Positions 1 through 8,922 are shown, counted from the stretch's first letter. The stretch: DNA of 24,000 nucleotides from Candidatus Nanoarchaeia archaeon (GCA_028711165.1 JAQTST010000001.1:394986-418985); one strand, 5' to 3'. The notes: a model not told the origin generated them from the sequence alone. A program made the numbers and translations.

Positions 1-1
1 G

Positions 2-1423
2 CAAGATGGATATCTTGGAAATGGCAAGGGGGAAGAAAATACAAATTATAGTTTTACATACTGGTTTAATTCAACTGTAATTCCAAACAGCACTGATTCG
101 AGAATATTTAATCTTACAGCAGAAGTTGATTTCTATGACATTAAAGCAGGACAGAGGTATACATTTATTTCAGATTCCGGATATCTCATGAATGTTTCAT
201 TACCTGAAGGAGCTTCGTGGATTTTTAAGAATTGTTCATGGAATAAATCAAATCAATTATATCTTTGTGGTGTTCCCCAATTTGCAGGAGGGACTTATGA
301 AGAAGCATTAATTGGCGATACAATTAATATAACACAGAGCATTTTGAAATGGCTATATCAAGATGATTCTCTCGAAATAAAATCTTATCCTTATAATATG
401 ACTTATCTTCCAATGAATACTTCTGATAACAAGAAATCTTATGCAATAATTGAAAAAAGAAATTCAAGCCTGATTTATAATTTAACTTTTCCATATAATA
501 CAAAAGTTTGGAATTTCATAAATAAAACAATTGAATGTGAAAATTGTAACTCTTTAAATTTATCTTTTAATCGCTATGAAATGAAAATGTTTTTCATAAA
601 TATTTCCAATATTTCTCTGACAGAAGGAAATATCGCTGAAGTAAGGGATGATTCAAATAATATAGTCGACGATAATGTAGAAGTCTGGTTTACTGGCATG
701 TCAGATAATTCCACAAAACATATCGACAGTAATTTAACTTCGGCTATCAACTTAACTGCAAACTTTTACGTCGATAGCTGTTCTATTTCTTCAATATATT
801 ATGTCTCTGAAACAGGAACATATTCCAAAACTTATGGTTCTTCTGAATGGAACTGTTCGGGGAATATGGTAACATTAAATATAACAGGAATAGAACCTGC
901 GACAGGAAGCAATATGATTTATATAACTTATAAAACATCACCGGCTGAAGAAGATATAGAAACAACAACCGGAAATCCACGGCCGAAAAATATTACAATT
1001 AATAATGGTTCAATTTCTCCGGAGAAAGATTATGTTTACAAAGTTCATAAATTTGATAAAATCTTTTTCATTCTTAACAATGTTACGTATACTATTACCA
1101 TAACTCAAATAGGAAATGGTTTTATTGATTTGGAGATAGAACCTTCCTCAATTGATTTGGCTTTACAAATTAATGAATCAAGAGATATTGATTTAAATGG
1201 AGATAAACCGGATGATATTTCAATAACATTAATTGATATAAAATCTGGAACAGCAAAAATTTCCATAAAATTATTGGAAAATAAAGAACTTCCGTACTCT
1301 GAAAAACCAGAAGAAAAACTCATCAGCACCGAAGATAAAATAGTGTTTATTCTTGGATTTTTAATAATATTAATCCTTATTATAATCATTTTACTGAAAA
1401 TTAAGGTTCATTCTGATAAATAG
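2..1423 (+). CDS. Large extracytoplasmic, Asn/Thr/Ser-rich protein with C-terminal TM anchor; 5' end truncated by the window
   Basis: The frame stays open from base 2 to the annotated ATG at 188 (QDGYLGNGKGEENTNYSFTYWFNSTVIPNSTDS...). Many N-x-S/T sites. C-terminal hydrophobic helix (VFILGFLIILILIIIILLKIK) followed by a basic tail. Confidence 0.8.
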   Translation, partial: QDGYLGNGKGEENTNYSFTYWFNSTVIPNSTDSRIFNLTAEVDFYDIKAGQRYTFISDSGYLMNVSLPEGASWIFKNCSWNKSNQLYLCGVPQFAGGTYEEALIGDTINITQSILKWLYQDDSLEIKSYPYNMTYLPMNTSDNKKSYAIIEKRNSSLIYNLTFPYNTKVWNFINKTIECENCNSLNLSFNRYEMKMFFINISNISLTEGNIAEVRDDSNNIVDDNVEVWFTGMSDNSTKHIDSNLTSAINLTANFYVDSCSISSIYYVSETGTYSKTYGSSEWNCSGNMVTLNITGIEPATGSNMIYITYKTSPAEEDIETTTGNPRPKNITINNGSISPEKDYVYKVHKFDKIFFILNNVTYTITITQIGNGFIDLEIEPSSIDLALQINESRDIDLNGDKPDDISITLIDIKSGTAKISIKLLENKELPYSEKPEEKLISTEDKIVFILGFLIILILIIIILLKIKVHSDK

Positions 1424-1508
1424 AAATGTTTTTAAAATTGTCCGGGCTTAATTTGGAATGAAAGGAAATGACATTTCCTCTCTAACATATTTGAAAGGAG
1501 GTTTACAT

Positions 1509-1997
1509 ATGAGAAATAAATTTTTTAGAGACCAAAAGGGATTATCGACAATCGTTGTTACTCTTATCATAATTCTATTGTCTTTAGTTTCAATAGGAAT
1601 TGTATGGGTAGTTGTCAATAATCTTGTTAAAGGCGGTACTTCTGGAGTTGAGATTGGTTCAAAATGTTTGGAAGTTGATGTAGCAGCTACAAAGACAAAC
1701 TGCAGTGCAGTTGCAACTGAAATGTATTGTGCTGTAACTTTATCAAGAACCGGAACAGGAAGTGATGCAATTGGCGGAGTCAAGTTAGTTTTCAAGAATG
1801 AAACTAGCGGAGTCAGCGGGGCTTCAATAGTAGATGTCCCAGGAGATATTCCACAATTAGTAACTCAAACTACAGCAAGTTTGGATACAGGTTTAACAAC
1901 CACACAGGGAGTAAACAAAGTTGAAGTCACAGTTTACTTTGATGATGCTGATGGTAATGAACAACTTTGTCCAAGAACAAGTCCCTATAGCTTTTAA
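1509..1997 (+). CDS. Archaeal type IV pilin-like (class III signal peptide) protein
   Basis: The N-terminus MRNKFFRDQKG|LSTIVVTLIIILLSLVSIGIVW fits the prepilin-peptidase K-G|hydrophobic pattern. Strong SD (GAAAGGAGG, 1493-1501) 7 nt before ATG 1509. The track start at 1458 would put the SD inside the gene. Confidence 0.8.
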   Translation: MRNKFFRDQKGLSTIVVTLIIILLSLVSIGIVWVVVNNLVKGGTSGVEIGSKCLEVDVAATKTNCSAVATEMYCAVTLSRTGTGSDAIGGVKLVFKNETSGVSGASIVDVPGDIPQLVTQTTASLDTGLTTTQGVNKVEVTVYFDDADGNEQLCPRTSPYSF

Positions 1998-2014
1998 TCA
2001 AAACTTTTTTATTT

Positions 2015-3190
2015 TTATTTATCTTTTTTGATTAAATAAACTTCATCATTCTTCCTGACTTTTGGAAGTTTGATTCCTATTTCTTGTCCTTTTTTTCCTT
2101 TTACTTCAGATTTTCTGTTAATCTCGATAGAATCAATTTCTGATTTCACGATTCCTGTTGTATCTCCGATGATTACTATTTTATCGCCGATGTTTAATCC
2201 AGAAACAAGCTTGACTGCTGCGACGCCGACATTATCAAAATAGTGTGTTACTTTTCCGACAAAATGTTTTTTCTCTGCTGAGGCATTATTTTCTGTCTTT
2301 GCAAAATCATCCGCGGTTGGCGTTTTCAAATAAAATCCTGATGAATATCCTTTATTGTAAATTTTTTTTAACTCTTCCATCCCTTCGGCGATTTCCTTTT
2401 TGCTTAATTTTTTATCGAGAGCTTTTCTGTAAACTCTTACGACAGCGTCGACATATCTTGCATCCCGGTTTCGTCCTTCGATTTTGAAAGATTTTATTCC
2501 TGCCTTTTTCATTTTTTCAATGAAGGGTAAGGTGCACAAATCTTTTGCAGAGAAAATTCTTGAGTTTTCAACTTTCAATTCATTTCCTTCGTCGTCTTTT
2601 ACTGTATAACTTCTTCTGCAGGGATGCAAACATTCCCCGCGATTTGCTGATTTGTTAAACAAAAATTGCGAAGTGAAACATCTTCCTGAAACAGCGACGC
2701 ACATTGCTCCGTGACAGAAAGTTTCTATGTCAATTATTTTTGAGATTTCTTTTATCTGCTTTAGATTTAATTCTCTCGCCAAGATTATTCTTTTCGCTCC
2801 AATTTGCTTGAAGAATTTTGCTGATTCGATATTTGAGACAGAAGCCTGAGTTGAGACGAAAAAAGGAATTTGATATTTTCTGCATAAACTGATTACGGCA
2901 AAATCCCAGCAGATTATTGCATCAACTTTTCCTTTAACTTTTTGGATTATCTTTTCAATTTTTTTTAACTCGCTGTTGTAAATTATTGTGTTTAATGTTA
3001 AATATCTCTTAACATTCTTTGACTTAGACATTTTTTCGATTTCGTCCAAATCTTCTATCATGAAATTTCCTGCCTTTGCTCTCATTGAGAATTCTTTCAG
3101 CCCGAAATAAACAGCGTCGGCTCCTGCATTGACGGCTGCTGCTAACATTGAGAAATCTCCTGCTGGTGCGAGAAGTTCATATTTTTCCAT
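2015..3190 (-). CDS. Peptidase U32 family protein, TrhP/YegQ-like (tRNA hydroxylation family)
   Basis: MEKYELLAPAGDFSMLAAAVNAGADAVYFG start; CHGAMCVAVSGRCF and NRGECLHPCRR cysteine motifs typical of the family. Confidence 0.85.
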   Translation of the reverse strand: MEKYELLAPAGDFSMLAAAVNAGADAVYFGLKEFSMRAKAGNFMIEDLDEIEKMSKSKNVKRYLTLNTIIYNSELKKIEKIIQKVKGKVDAIICWDFAVISLCRKYQIPFFVSTQASVSNIESAKFFKQIGAKRIILARELNLKQIKEISKIIDIETFCHGAMCVAVSGRCFTSQFLFNKSANRGECLHPCRRSYTVKDDEGNELKVENSRIFSAKDLCTLPFIEKMKKAGIKSFKIEGRNRDARYVDAVVRVYRKALDKKLSKKEIAEGMEELKKIYNKGYSSGFYLKTPTADDFAKTENNASAEKKHFVGKVTHYFDNVGVAAVKLVSGLNIGDKIVIIGDTTGIVKSEIDSIEINRKSEVKGKKGQEIGIKLPKVRKNDEVYLIKKDK

Positions 3191-3314
3191 TTAAATTTCT
3201 GTTAAAATAAGTTTAAAAAGTCTTTTTATTTGAAACTTTTATGACAGCTAGAATTAGGACTTGTCGGCATCATTAGGAAGCTAGATTTTCTTAGTGATAA
3301 CTCTTTCAATAAGT

Positions 3315-3323
3315 TTTTTATAC
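3315..3323 (+). promoter_or_regulatory. TATA/box-A-like element of tRNA-His
   Basis: TTTTTTATA about 30 nt upstream of the tRNA 5' end. Confidence 0.5.
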
Positions 3324-3352
3324 CATTTCTGTTTCAATTTATTAACTATAAT

Positions 3353-3424
3353 GGCGATTGTAGTTCAGTGGCAGAACGTGCGACTGTGGCTCGCATAACG
3401 GGAGTTCGATTCTCCCCATTCGCC
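3353..3424 (+). tRNA. tRNA-His(GTG) with encoded G-1 and C73
   Basis: Cloverleaf: acceptor GCGATTG/CATTCGC with G-1(3353):C73(3424) and one T5:T68 mismatch. Anticodon stem TGCGA/TCGCA, loop CTGTGGC with GTG at 3386-3388. T-arm GGGAG-TTCGATT-CTCCC. Confidence 0.9.
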
Positions 3425-3441
3425 CTGCAAAAAGAGGAAAA

Positions 3442-3861
3442 ATGAACATATTATTTATCTGCAAATACAATGCTTTCAGAAGCAGAATTGCTGAAGAATA
3501 TTTTAGGAAAATAAATAGAAATCCGTCGGTAAAAATAATTAGCCGTGGGTTGATTATGGGCGGGGTTCCTGACAAAGAACAGATTCAAATTTCTAAGCAA
3601 ATTCTGGGAATAAAAATTAACAAAAGAAAAGCTCTTCCTGTTACAAAATCCGAACTGAAAGAAGCAGATTTAATCGTCGTCGTTGCTAATGATATTCCAA
3701 GAATAATTTTTGACTATAACGGAAACATTCTCCAAAAGAAAGTGAGAATCTGGAAAATAAAAGATGAGCAAAACCGAAACAAAAACAATATTAAGACGAT
3801 AGTGCTTTTGATTAAAGATAAAGTCGAGAGATTAAATAAAGAATTGGAGAAAAGAAAATGA
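3442..3861 (+). CDS. Low-molecular-weight protein tyrosine phosphatase / arsenate reductase-like protein
   Basis: N-terminal MNILFICKYNAFRSRIAEEYF contains the C-x5-R P-loop after a beta strand. Confidence 0.75.
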   Translation: MNILFICKYNAFRSRIAEEYFRKINRNPSVKIISRGLIMGGVPDKEQIQISKQILGIKINKRKALPVTKSELKEADLIVVVANDIPRIIFDYNGNILQKKVRIWKIKDEQNRNKNNIKTIVLLIKDKVERLNKELEKRK

Positions 3862-5000
3862 ATACAGAAATTGTCAAGGGATTCAGGGATTACACCGGCG
3901 AAGATGCTGAGAAAAAATCTGAGATAAAGAAAATTTTAGTCGAGACTTTTGAGAAGTACGGATTTGAACCTGCTGAAACGCCGATAATTGAAAATGAAGA
4001 GTTTGTCCGGGGGGAAAATAAAGAAGATGAAGCTGTCAGTGATATTTACAAATTGAAAGATAAGGGGAACAGAAATCTTGCGCTTAGGTATGAGTTTACT
4101 TTCCAGCTGAAAAGAATTGCGAAGAATAAGAAACTCCCTTACAAGCGATATGAGATTGGAGAAGTTTTCAGAGACGAGCCAGTAAGTTCAAATCGGTTCA
4201 GACAATTTACTCAGTGCGATGTTGATATCGTCGGGAGTTCTGTAAAAGAAGAAGCGGAAATTCTCTCTTTAGCTAATGAGGTTATGAAAAAAATTGGAGT
4301 AAAACCAAGTATCTTAATTAATAACAGAAATCTGCTTAATGAAATTCTTGAATCTGAAGGAATAAAAGCAAAAGAGCAGGTTTTGAGAGAGATTGATAAA
4401 TTTGGCAAACTTCCTGAAAAAGAAATTTTGGAAAACCTGAAAAAATACAAGGCAGAGAAAATTTTGTCTTTGCTGAAAAAAGGAGAAAGCTATTTTTCTA
4501 AATTTGAATCATATAAAAGAATTTTAGAACTAATGAAATACTGCAATTATTACGGAGTGAAAGTTTTGTTTTCTCCGACGATAATAAGAGGTTTGAGCTA
4601 TTACAATGGAAGTGTTTTTGAAATTAAAACTGACAAAATAAAAGAAACAATCTGTGCCGGGGGAAGTTATATGATTAACGGAATTCAGGCGTCAGGGATT
4701 TCATTTGGGCTTGACAGACTTGTGCAATTAGCAAAATTGGAAATTGAAAAAGAAAAATATTTGGTTATTTCCCTCGACAAAGATAAAGATGCAGTTAATA
4801 TTGTAAAAAGATTAAGAGAGAAAAATAAAATTGCCGAGATTTATTACGGTAAACCGACGAAAGCTCTGGAATATGCAAACTCTTACAAAATAAATAAAGT
4901 AATCTTCGTAGGAGAAAAAGAAGTCAAGGCGAAAAAGTTTAAGATTAAGGATATGACGAGCGGGAAAGAAAAATCTATCGATTTGTCAACGAAGTTTTAA
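3858..5000 (+). CDS. hisS: Histidyl-tRNA synthetase
   Basis: GFRDYTGEDA start, YEIGEVFRDEPVSSNRFRQFTQCDVDIVG class II motif 2, SGISFGLDRL motif 3, C-terminal anticodon-binding-like region. ATGA overlap with the upstream gene. Confidence 0.95.
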   Translation: MNTEIVKGFRDYTGEDAEKKSEIKKILVETFEKYGFEPAETPIIENEEFVRGENKEDEAVSDIYKLKDKGNRNLALRYEFTFQLKRIAKNKKLPYKRYEIGEVFRDEPVSSNRFRQFTQCDVDIVGSSVKEEAEILSLANEVMKKIGVKPSILINNRNLLNEILESEGIKAKEQVLREIDKFGKLPEKEILENLKKYKAEKILSLLKKGESYFSKFESYKRILELMKYCNYYGVKVLFSPTIIRGLSYYNGSVFEIKTDKIKETICAGGSYMINGIQASGISFGLDRLVQLAKLEIEKEKYLVISLDKDKDAVNIVKRLREKNKIAEIYYGKPTKALEYANSYKINKVIFVGEKEVKAKKFKIKDMTSGKEKSIDLSTKF

Positions 5001-5032
5001 GAAAAAACTTCGGAAGAGAGTTTGCTGAAAAT

Positions 5033-5236
5033 ATGATAACATTAAATAATCCAATTGCAGATTTTTACAAGCAGGCAGAATTAGAAGGAAGAATAATAAA
5101 ACTTCCACAAGGAGATGTTGAAAGATGCGCTGGCAGAATTAATGCTGAGATGGAAAGATTTGACAGAGAATGGAAATATAAATGTGCAAAATCAATTGAA
5201 GAATTAATGCATTCTTATGTTTCTAATTCACCTTAA
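5033..5236 (+). CDS. Small hypothetical protein (67 aa)
   Basis: Open frame between hisS and dph6-like with charged, helical composition. Converges with and overlaps the dph6-like 3' end by 14 nt. Confidence 0.45.
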   Translation: MITLNNPIADFYKQAELEGRIIKLPQGDVERCAGRINAEMERFDREWKYKCAKSIEELMHSYVSNSP

Positions 5237-5894
5237 TTTCCCGACGGAAAGAATTTTCTCCTTCTTTGGAATCTTTGAATGATTTAACTTTCAGTTCTTT
5301 TTTGAATAATGGACAATTAAGCACGAATGTTTCAAACTCTCCGCCTTCGCCTGCTGCGTGGATTTGATATTTTTCTTTTAATTGCATGACTTCTTCTATA
5401 AATTTCTCGTCGATAATTCTACCAAGCCAGGATTTGTCCAAAGGAAAAGCAAACACACCAACGATTACGATTTTAAATTTAGCATCGATTAATTCTTTCA
5501 AATATGGAATTTCTTCTTTATGCCAGATTGGGTTAAGACATTTTATATTTAGTTTGTCGCAGATTGCCTGAATCCTGCTTGCCTGATAATCTGAATGAAG
5601 TGCTCCTGTAACTAATGTGTCAAAATCGTATTTCCTTTTTGCTTTTTTTATTGCTTTTTCCAAATCAACAAGTTCTGATTCTTTTTCTCCTTTTGTCTTG
5701 CTGAGGATAATCGGAAGATTCATTATTTTTGCCTGCTTTTTGACTTGTTTTATCGACGGAGTGTGAAACATATAACTTGCTTTGTTCTTCGAGAAAATTG
5801 AAATCAGGCAACTCAATTCAAATCCTTTTTCTTTTGCAAGGTAAGCTGCATAAGTTGAATCTTTCCCGCCAGAAAATAAAACTGCTGCTTTCAT
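5223..5894 (-). CDS. dph6: Diphthine-ammonia ligase-like ATP-pyrophosphatase (Dph6 / MJ0570 family)
   Basis: MKAAVLFSGGKDSTYAAYLA PP-loop; VTGALHSDYQASR; GEGGEFETFVLNCPLF family motif. Confidence 0.9.
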   Translation of the reverse strand: MKAAVLFSGGKDSTYAAYLAKEKGFELSCLISIFSKNKASYMFHTPSIKQVKKQAKIMNLPIILSKTKGEKESELVDLEKAIKKAKRKYDFDTLVTGALHSDYQASRIQAICDKLNIKCLNPIWHKEEIPYLKELIDAKFKIVIVGVFAFPLDKSWLGRIIDEKFIEEVMQLKEKYQIHAAGEGGEFETFVLNCPLFKKELKVKSFKDSKEGENSFRREIKVN

Positions 5895-6751
5895 TCTTCT
5901 TCCTCGTCTTCTTCATTTATTTCTTCGTCTTTAAAATTCTCAGGATTCTTGTCGTATTCTTCAAGTTCTTTTCTCAAATCTTCGAAAGGGTCGGGATTAT
6001 TTTTCAAAAAAGTTTCTCTGAGCCAAATATGAACCTCATCGAATGGATTTTTTTGTTCGAGCCAGATTTTTTTCTGGTCTTCAAGGTAAAGTAATGGAAG
6101 AAAAGAGATAATTTTCTCGTCTTTATTGATAAGAAATTCAGTGAATGAAACTTTATTTTCTTTTTTCTGGCTGAACCAATCGGTGAGATTTCTGTATATC
6201 TCAGTGATTTTGTCTTTTATGCTGAACTTTCTTTTTGGAAGCGAGAATGAACTTTCTCTGAGGGTATTTTTGGAGACGATTTCTTTTTTTATTCTCCTGT
6301 TTTCTGTAACTATCGCTTTATTCAGTGATTCCATAAGTTCTTTCAGTGTAACTTTTTTGAATCTTGGCATCGGGCTTCGTGGAATTAATTCCGGAATCTC
6401 GTCGTCTAATTCTATTCTTTCAAATGCAGTTTTATTCGGTTCTTTTTTTCCAAAGAGAATTTCATCAATACTTTTTATGTATCTATTAAGAAGAATTTCT
6501 GATTTTATTCTCAGAAGCAGAGAAGCAGCGAGGAGAACTTTGCTTGAGACAAAAAAATCTGCCTCTTCTATTTCTCTTATTTTTTCGAGATATTTGTCAG
6601 AGAGAACAATTATATTGATGTCCCACGGATTTAGCTGTTCTGTATTAATCAAATCGTAAATAATTTCCTGCCATCCTATTTCTCTATTGAACAATAAATC
6701 GTGAATCTGTTCTTGCTGGACAGAATTTTTTCCTTTTTCTTCAGTCTCCAT
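5891..6751 (-). CDS. scpA: Segregation and condensation protein A (kleisin)
   Basis: LLFNREIGWQEIIYDLINTEQLNPWDINIIVLSDKYLEKI, then SSKVLLAASLLLRIKSEILL; C-terminal FTEFL...FLPLLYLEDQKKIWLEQ. 4-nt overlap with dph6-like. Confidence 0.85.
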   Translation of the reverse strand: METEEKGKNSVQQEQIHDLLFNREIGWQEIIYDLINTEQLNPWDINIIVLSDKYLEKIREIEEADFFVSSKVLLAASLLLRIKSEILLNRYIKSIDEILFGKKEPNKTAFERIELDDEIPELIPRSPMPRFKKVTLKELMESLNKAIVTENRRIKKEIVSKNTLRESSFSLPKRKFSIKDKITEIYRNLTDWFSQKKENKVSFTEFLINKDEKIISFLPLLYLEDQKKIWLEQKNPFDEVHIWLRETFLKNNPDPFEDLRKELEEYDKNPENFKDEEINEEDEEEE

Positions 6752-6926
6752 AGAATAAATAAACTATTTTATTTTATAATTGTTCTGCTTGCACCCCACA
6801 CATTGCTTCGGTAGTACCTAATAATCTATTTTAGTAGTGCCTAAAAGATAGTCTTTCTGAAAAAATTATTTACTACTTTATTGTTTACAACGCTTGTCAT
6901 TTTTTAAGGGTAACATTATAGAAAAG

Positions 6927-6934
6927 TTTATATA
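6927..6934 (+). promoter_or_regulatory. TATA-box-like element, possibly bidirectional
   Basis: TTTATATA within AAAAGTTTATATACTGGG. The reverse strand also reads TATATAAA. Confidence 0.5.
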
Positions 6935-6956
6935 CTGGGTTTCTTTAGTTTTTTTA

Positions 6957-7030
6957 TCACCTCTTTTTCCCCAGGAGAGGCTTCAAGTTATCTTTTTGAT
7001 CAGCTTGAAGAACCTCCTAGGGTTTGTAAC
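6957..7030 (+). ncRNA. Candidate structured non-coding RNA (strand uncertain)
   Basis: Lies 25-30 nt past a TATA box. CCC/GGG + AGGAG(6973-6977)/CTCCT(7014-7018) + CTTCAAG(6981-6987)/CTTGAAG(7004-7010) form a long imperfect hairpin. No ORF here. Confidence 0.35.
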
Positions 7031-7092
7031 TAATAATTATTGGGATTATCTCATCTAAAATTGAGCACGAATTTTAATTATTATTTCAAGAA

Positions 7093-8406
7093 TTATTTCT
7101 TGGTCTCTAACGGAGAAAAAATATACTTGAGGATTGCACCAATTGTACCAATAATCTTCTCTCCCAGACTATTATAATCATGCCATGTATAATACATGTC
7201 CCTCGTGAATCTTTCTTCTTTTGTTGAATATTCCTCTGGATATTTAACAGAATCAATGGAATATTCTTTCTCTAAAGTTTTTTCCATTCTTGAACGATAT
7301 CTGCTTTTAATTTCACTTTCAGAAGAAAATTCCGAGCCATACAAATCTTTCAACATAGTTGATAGTTTTTCTTTTTGCTTAGATATTAATGAAGCAATTT
7401 CCTCTATTTTTGGCATTTCTTTTGCTTTCTTTTTCACAAAATTACCAATAATGGGAATATTCTCTTTTACATGTATTATTTGATATGTTTTGGAAGAAGC
7501 CAAATTTAGTATATAATCAAGATCTCTTATGCTGACATTTAATTTTTCATAAAATTCTTTTTGCTTGTCTTTGTCAGAGAATTCTAAAAGTTTTCTTAGT
7601 TTTATACCAAGCATCCCAGAAGGATTTTCATTAAATAATTTCTGTTTCTCTTTAACCAATTCCTCAAAATAAGAATTAACATCTTCAGTCAAATTTTGAA
7701 TATATTTTCTTTCCTGATAAAAATGTCTCGTTAAACTTGCTGGGACTTTTTTCAATAATTTATCTAAATATTTATTCAAATATTCTTGAGGATTAAACTG
7801 TTTTATCTTAGAAAAAAACCCATTAACTGTTTCATTTACCTTTTTTATCAATATGTCTTCTAAACCAAATCCTTCAGAAAATTTATCTTCTACAATATCC
7901 TTTTTTGTTTCTAATATTTTTTCTTTTGATTTTATATTTGTCCCATACAATCCATTAATTGAAATAATTACTTCCTCTTTTTCTTTATTTATTTCTCTGC
8001 TGATCTTTGCAAGTCCTTCTTGTAAATTACTGTTCACATTTTCAATGTTGTCGACGATAGATTCGACATATTTTTTCTGTTTTTCTGGATTGGAGAAAGA
8101 AATTAATTCTCTTGGAGTTATGTCCAGCACTCTTGTAAAATCCTGTTCAATAGAATCTTTGATAAACTGATACTTTTCTTCTTTTAATTCTTTTAACCAT
8201 CCGTCTATATTTTGCACAGCATTGGTTATTCCAGACCATTCTGGCTTAATTTTTTCAGAAAACTGTTGCGGAACCTGATAAAAAAAATTATCAATCCTGC
8301 AGAATTTTTCCATTAGATTAAATTTAGATAAAGAACTAAATGATTTATCTAATAATCTTATTGATTGGTCTTTTAATATGTTTTCTAAATCAAATTCTAA
8401 TTTCAT
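7093..8406 (-). CDS. Uncharacterised large helical / coiled-coil protein
   Basis: 437-aa continuous frame, Lys/Glu-rich helical composition. No recognised catalytic motif. Confidence 0.75.
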   Translation of the reverse strand: MKLEFDLENILKDQSIRLLDKSFSSLSKFNLMEKFCRIDNFFYQVPQQFSEKIKPEWSGITNAVQNIDGWLKELKEEKYQFIKDSIEQDFTRVLDITPRELISFSNPEKQKKYVESIVDNIENVNSNLQEGLAKISREINKEKEEVIISINGLYGTNIKSKEKILETKKDIVEDKFSEGFGLEDILIKKVNETVNGFFSKIKQFNPQEYLNKYLDKLLKKVPASLTRHFYQERKYIQNLTEDVNSYFEELVKEKQKLFNENPSGMLGIKLRKLLEFSDKDKQKEFYEKLNVSIRDLDYILNLASSKTYQIIHVKENIPIIGNFVKKKAKEMPKIEEIASLISKQKEKLSTMLKDLYGSEFSSESEIKSRYRSRMEKTLEKEYSIDSVKYPEEYSTKEERFTRDMYYTWHDYNSLGEKIIGTIGAILKYIFSPLETKK

Positions 8407-8425
8407 TTTAAGATTTTATTGAAAA

Positions 8426-8638
8426 TTATTTGGCTTTACTCACAAACTCGGAATAATGACATTTCCCGCAATAAACTCTGTCTTTTGCAATCATCAGGAA
8501 AACTCCTGGTCCGCAACGAGGACAAGTTTTCTCTCTCTTGATTGTGCTTCCCTCTATCTTATATTTTGAATATTTTTTGCTGGTAGGTTTATTCTTATGC
8601 GGTTTTTTTCCTTTTTTTACTCCTGCTTTTTTACCCAT
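8426..8638 (-). CDS. rps27ae: Ribosomal protein eS31 (S27Ae)
   Basis: KYKIEGSTIKREKTCPRCGPGVFLMIAKDRVYCGKCHYSEF zinc-ribbon signature. Confidence 0.93.
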   Translation of the reverse strand: MGKKAGVKKGKKPHKNKPTSKKYSKYKIEGSTIKREKTCPRCGPGVFLMIAKDRVYCGKCHYSEFVSKAK

Positions 8639-8922
8639 TATTTCTTTTCCTCTGATTTATTATTTTCTTTTTGAGTTTTTATTTCTGTTTTTTCTTTGTC
8701 TTCTTTTGAATGGTATACATTTGCAGTAATTATAAAATTCTTTGAACCAAATGTTCCTGCAATTTTTTTTATTTTTACATTTTCAGGAACTGATGAAAAC
8801 TCCTTTGATAAAATTTCTGCTGCTTCCTGCATTTTTGGCGGAACAGCTGATTCAAAATTTACCTCAACTTCTTTCCTCTGAAATAAAGGATTTTCTCTTT
8901 GTTTTAAAATTGTAAGAGTCAT
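8638..8922 (-). CDS. rps24e: Ribosomal protein eS24
   Basis: ILKQRENPLFQRKEVEVNFE...KIAGTFGSKNFIITANVYHSKED matches the S24e core; conserved position between spt4 and eS31. Confidence 0.9.
   Translation of the reverse strand: MTLTILKQRENPLFQRKEVEVNFESAVPPKMQEAAEILSKEFSSVPENVKIKKIAGTFGSKNFIITANVYHSKEDKEKTEIKTQKENNKSEEKK

Noticed and set aside
1458-1508. 17-residue N-terminal extension of the pilin-like ORF
   Set aside because: It contains the SD for ATG 1509 and would bury the class III signal peptide.
4211-4450. 79-aa minus-strand ORF inside hisS
   Set aside because: Antisense to a confident hisS reading frame.
6126-6659. 177-aa plus-strand ORF opposite scpA
   Set aside because: Ser/Phe/Leu-rich shadow frame of the scpA coding strand.
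6970-7022. Intrinsic terminator for a neighbouring gene
   Set aside because: No gene on the plus strand ends here, and on the minus strand there is no poly-U tract after the stem; the weak U-rich runs lie in the loop and 5' side. I keep it as an RNA candidate instead.
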